DNA of 64,000 bases, from assembly GCA_035193785.1 (NCBI GenBank), contig CP136572.1:4148578-4212577 (forward strand), written 5' to 3'. The DNA is from Planktothrix sp. GU0601_MAG3. GTDB taxonomy: Bacteria > Cyanobacteriota > Cyanobacteriia > Cyanobacteriales > Microcoleaceae. Numbering within the stretch: position 1 is the first letter of the stretch; each line of letters opens with the position of its first letter. This document shows positions 61,659 through 64,000 of the stretch, piece by piece. The notes beneath the pieces were generated by a model, which saw only the letters and a list, made by a program, of their open reading frames with translations, made no database searches and was not told where the DNA came from. Position numbers and translations under genes: made by a program.

Positions 61659-62165
61659 TTAATTTCCTTGTAAATGGGATTCTAAGAACCACAAGCGCTG
61701 ATCAATGGCGCGGGAAATTCCAGTATACAAATCGGCGGTATCCGCGTCGCCTAGTGCGCCTGTTTTATCAATGGCTTCTCGAACCATTTTGCCATAAGGA
61801 GCATAACGATCAGCTAATGCCACCACATAATCTTTATCATTAGCAAGATCTAAGGGAAATTCGGGTAAAATTGTGTAGGCAACCGCCATCCGAGCCGTTC
61901 CCATAGCTGTCCCGCCCAACGCCGTCGCCCGTTCTGCAATTAAATCTACATATCCTTCTAATTCCGTTGCCATTTCATCAAATAGTAAATGCAACTGATA
62001 GAAATTCATCCCTTTGATATTCCAGTGGGCTTGTTTAACTTGGGTTTTTAGGTCTAGGGTTGTCGCTAAACTATGATTGAGAATATCAATAATTTCGGCG
62101 CGGGTGGCTTCGGGTAAATCAATTCTAGTTGCATAAAGACGTTGTTTGTGGCTAGTTGTTACCAT
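61659..62165 (-). CDS. dps: DNA starvation/stationary-phase protection protein Dps
   Basis: KQAHWNIKGMNFYQLHLLFDE, DLIAERA, LWFLESH. Confidence 0.95.
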   Translation of the reverse strand: MVTTSHKQRLYATRIDLPEATRAEIIDILNHSLATTLDLKTQVKQAHWNIKGMNFYQLHLLFDEMATELEGYVDLIAERATALGGTAMGTARMAVAYTILPEFPLDLANDKDYVVALADRYAPYGKMVREAIDKTGALGDADTADLYTGISRAIDQRLWFLESHLQGN

Positions 62166-62267
62166 GATTGAGAAGGCTCCTTTAAGGGTTTTATTTGATT
62201 AAAAAAAATCAAACTGGAAAATAAACTAAGGAGATTATATTAGATTTTAAATCTTTCTAAATCTGCC

Positions 62268-62528
62268 TCAAGCCAGATGTTTTTGCAGAATAGAACGGGG
62301 TGCTTTTCGCACATTACAGCGAATGGTTTCTAATCCTAATTTTGTGCAGGCTTCATATCGATGACAGCCAGAAAATCCATAATATTCTCCCTCGACTTCC
62401 AAAACATCAATGGGTTCTTGTAACCCAATCTCTTGAATCGATTGCATTAAGATTTCTACTTTGGCCGGATCAGTCCCTCGGGGGAGGGGGCGGCGAATCA
62501 GCTTGAGAGGAATTTCTTTAACCTGCAT
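62268..62528 (-). CDS. srxA: Sulfiredoxin
   Basis: YYGFSGCHRYEA signature. Confidence 0.9.
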   Translation of the reverse strand: MQVKEIPLKLIRRPLPRGTDPAKVEILMQSIQEIGLQEPIDVLEVEGEYYGFSGCHRYEACTKLGLETIRCNVRKAPRSILQKHLA

Positions 62529-62760
62529 AGGATCTGTCTTCCTTTTTTCTGTCTTTCTATATCGTACTCATAATGACTTCAACTTACAATTAATCGGGCT
62601 AAAAATTTTTACCCCCAGGTTTCCGGCATCGGTGATTGAATGGGGAGAAGTAATGTTAGGGTGGGTCGGGGCAAGGATAATTGGCTTTAAACCGTCAATA
62701 GACTTGACAACTGAGCTATCCACCATCGATAAAAGACAATCAAAGACAGATTTTTAACCC

Positions 62761-63592
62761 ATGACAACGGACAATCGACAAAAAAGAATCGCAATATTTG
62801 ATAGTGGTGTGGGGGGATTAACGGTTTTAAGGGAACTGTACCGTCAACTTCCGAATGAATCCGTACTCTACTTTGGAGATACGGCGCGGTTGCCCTATGG
62901 AAGCCGTTCACGAGAGGAAATTATACAGTTTGTCCGTCCGATTATTCTTTGGGCGATGCAACAGGATGCCAAAATGGTTCTCATGGCCTGCAACACCAGT
63001 TCCGCCCTGGCATTAGAAACGGTTCAAGATGAATTTGATATCCCGATCCTGGGACTGATTCTCCCGGGTGCTCAAGCAGCAGTGCGACAAGGAAAACGGA
63101 TTGGAGTGATTGCCACCCCCGCCACCGCCACCAGTAATGCCTACCGCCATGCGATTCAAGAAACCGATCCGTCGGTTCAAGTCTGGCAGGTGGGGTGTCC
63201 AGAATTTGTTCCCATTATTGAACAAAACCGGATTCATGACCCTTATACCTATCAAGTGGCACGGGAATATTTAACTCCGTTAATTCAGCAGCAAATTGAT
63301 ACTCTGATCTATGGCTGTACCCATTATCCCCATTTGGCTCCGGTGTTGCGCTCAATCCTTCCGGCTCAGGTTTCAGTTGGTTGACCCGGCGGTTTCTTTA
63401 GTTAAGGCTACTGCTAAGGAATTAGAAATATTAGGAATGCGGAATACCCAGCCCCCCAAACCAACCCGGTTTTGTGTGAGTGGCTGCCCTCAACAGTTTG
63501 CTGATCTTTCGGTACAGTGGTTGGGATTTACTCCCGCAGTAGAAGCCACCATCTTACCCACGATGGAACCCGTCACTGTCAGTAATCAGTGA
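62761..63592 (+). CDS. murI: Glutamate racemase (frameshift ~63372)
   Basis: FDSGVGGLTV, ACNTSS, GCTHYP. Confidence 0.96.
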
Positions 63593-63713
63593 TCAGTCAT
63601 CAGTCATCAGTTGAGGAGTTAATAAACTAACTGTAAACTTCTTAACTGATAACTGATAACTGTTAACTGATAACTGTTAACTGATGACTGTTAACTGTTA
63701 ACTGATGACTGAT
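63585..63713. repeat. Inverted pair of STRR arrays (ATCAGTC ... ACTGATA/ACTGTTA)
   Basis: Directly visible between convergent ORFs. Confidence 0.85.
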
Positions 63714-63825
63714 GGTTGAGTGAGGTTTTAAAATACTTAGCAAGGGCTAAGAGCAAATAAATCATTAAAACATAACCCGTGGCCAGAAGCGGGATGATTA
63801 AAGGCATATCGTTATAGAACATCAT
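63691..63825 (-). CDS. Putative 44-aa single-TM small protein (not in the ORF track)
   Basis: MMFYNDMPLIIPLLATGYVLMIYLLLALAKYFKTSLNHQSSVNS. Confidence 0.45.
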   Translation of the reverse strand: MMFYNDMPLIIPLLATGYVLMIYLLLALAKYFKTSLNHQSSVNS

Positions 63826-64000
63826 GAGTCAGCCCGAAGAAATAGGAGGAGGAGCATCACAGAAGTTTAAGACCCGCTACATCAGGCCAACACGCGATCG
63901 CTAACGCCCGCGCTCTTGATGGCCCACAAACAAGAAATTTCTGGGGGAAATTCTCATTTCCCTGAAATATTACCCACACCGAAACCCAGTAGAGGATTCC

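Overview
Housekeeping-rich chromosomal segment of a filamentous cyanobacterium. Low GC, many HIP1 GCGATCGC sites and heptamer STRR arrays suggest a Planktothrix/Oscillatoriales-like organism; the genus is an inference. Genes include lgt, cobM, pyk, acpP-fabF, sat, avtA, hisC, msrP, pds-crtB, rodA, hypD, purA, murI, dps, sulfiredoxin, four RRM RNA-binding proteins (three in tandem), a PEP-CTERM membrane protein, an RsbU/V/W-like partner-switching trio, a BlaI/M56 pair, a pseudo-orthocaspase, a solo TnpB IS200/IS605 element and several MITE/REP families. The most striking pattern: 34 apparent frameshifts, many in essential genes, all fall at GAAAC/GTTTC. In 33 of them, removing one base to give GAAC/GTTC restores the frame. 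This points to a motif-specific sequencing error, possibly the footprint of a genome-wide DNA modification, since GAAC/GTTC is the classic Dnd phosphorothioate motif. Also notable: an NsiR1-like sRNA with a TCCGGA (DIF1) element at -35 next to cobM, and a near-identical 112-bp leader shared by two diverged rbp paralogues.
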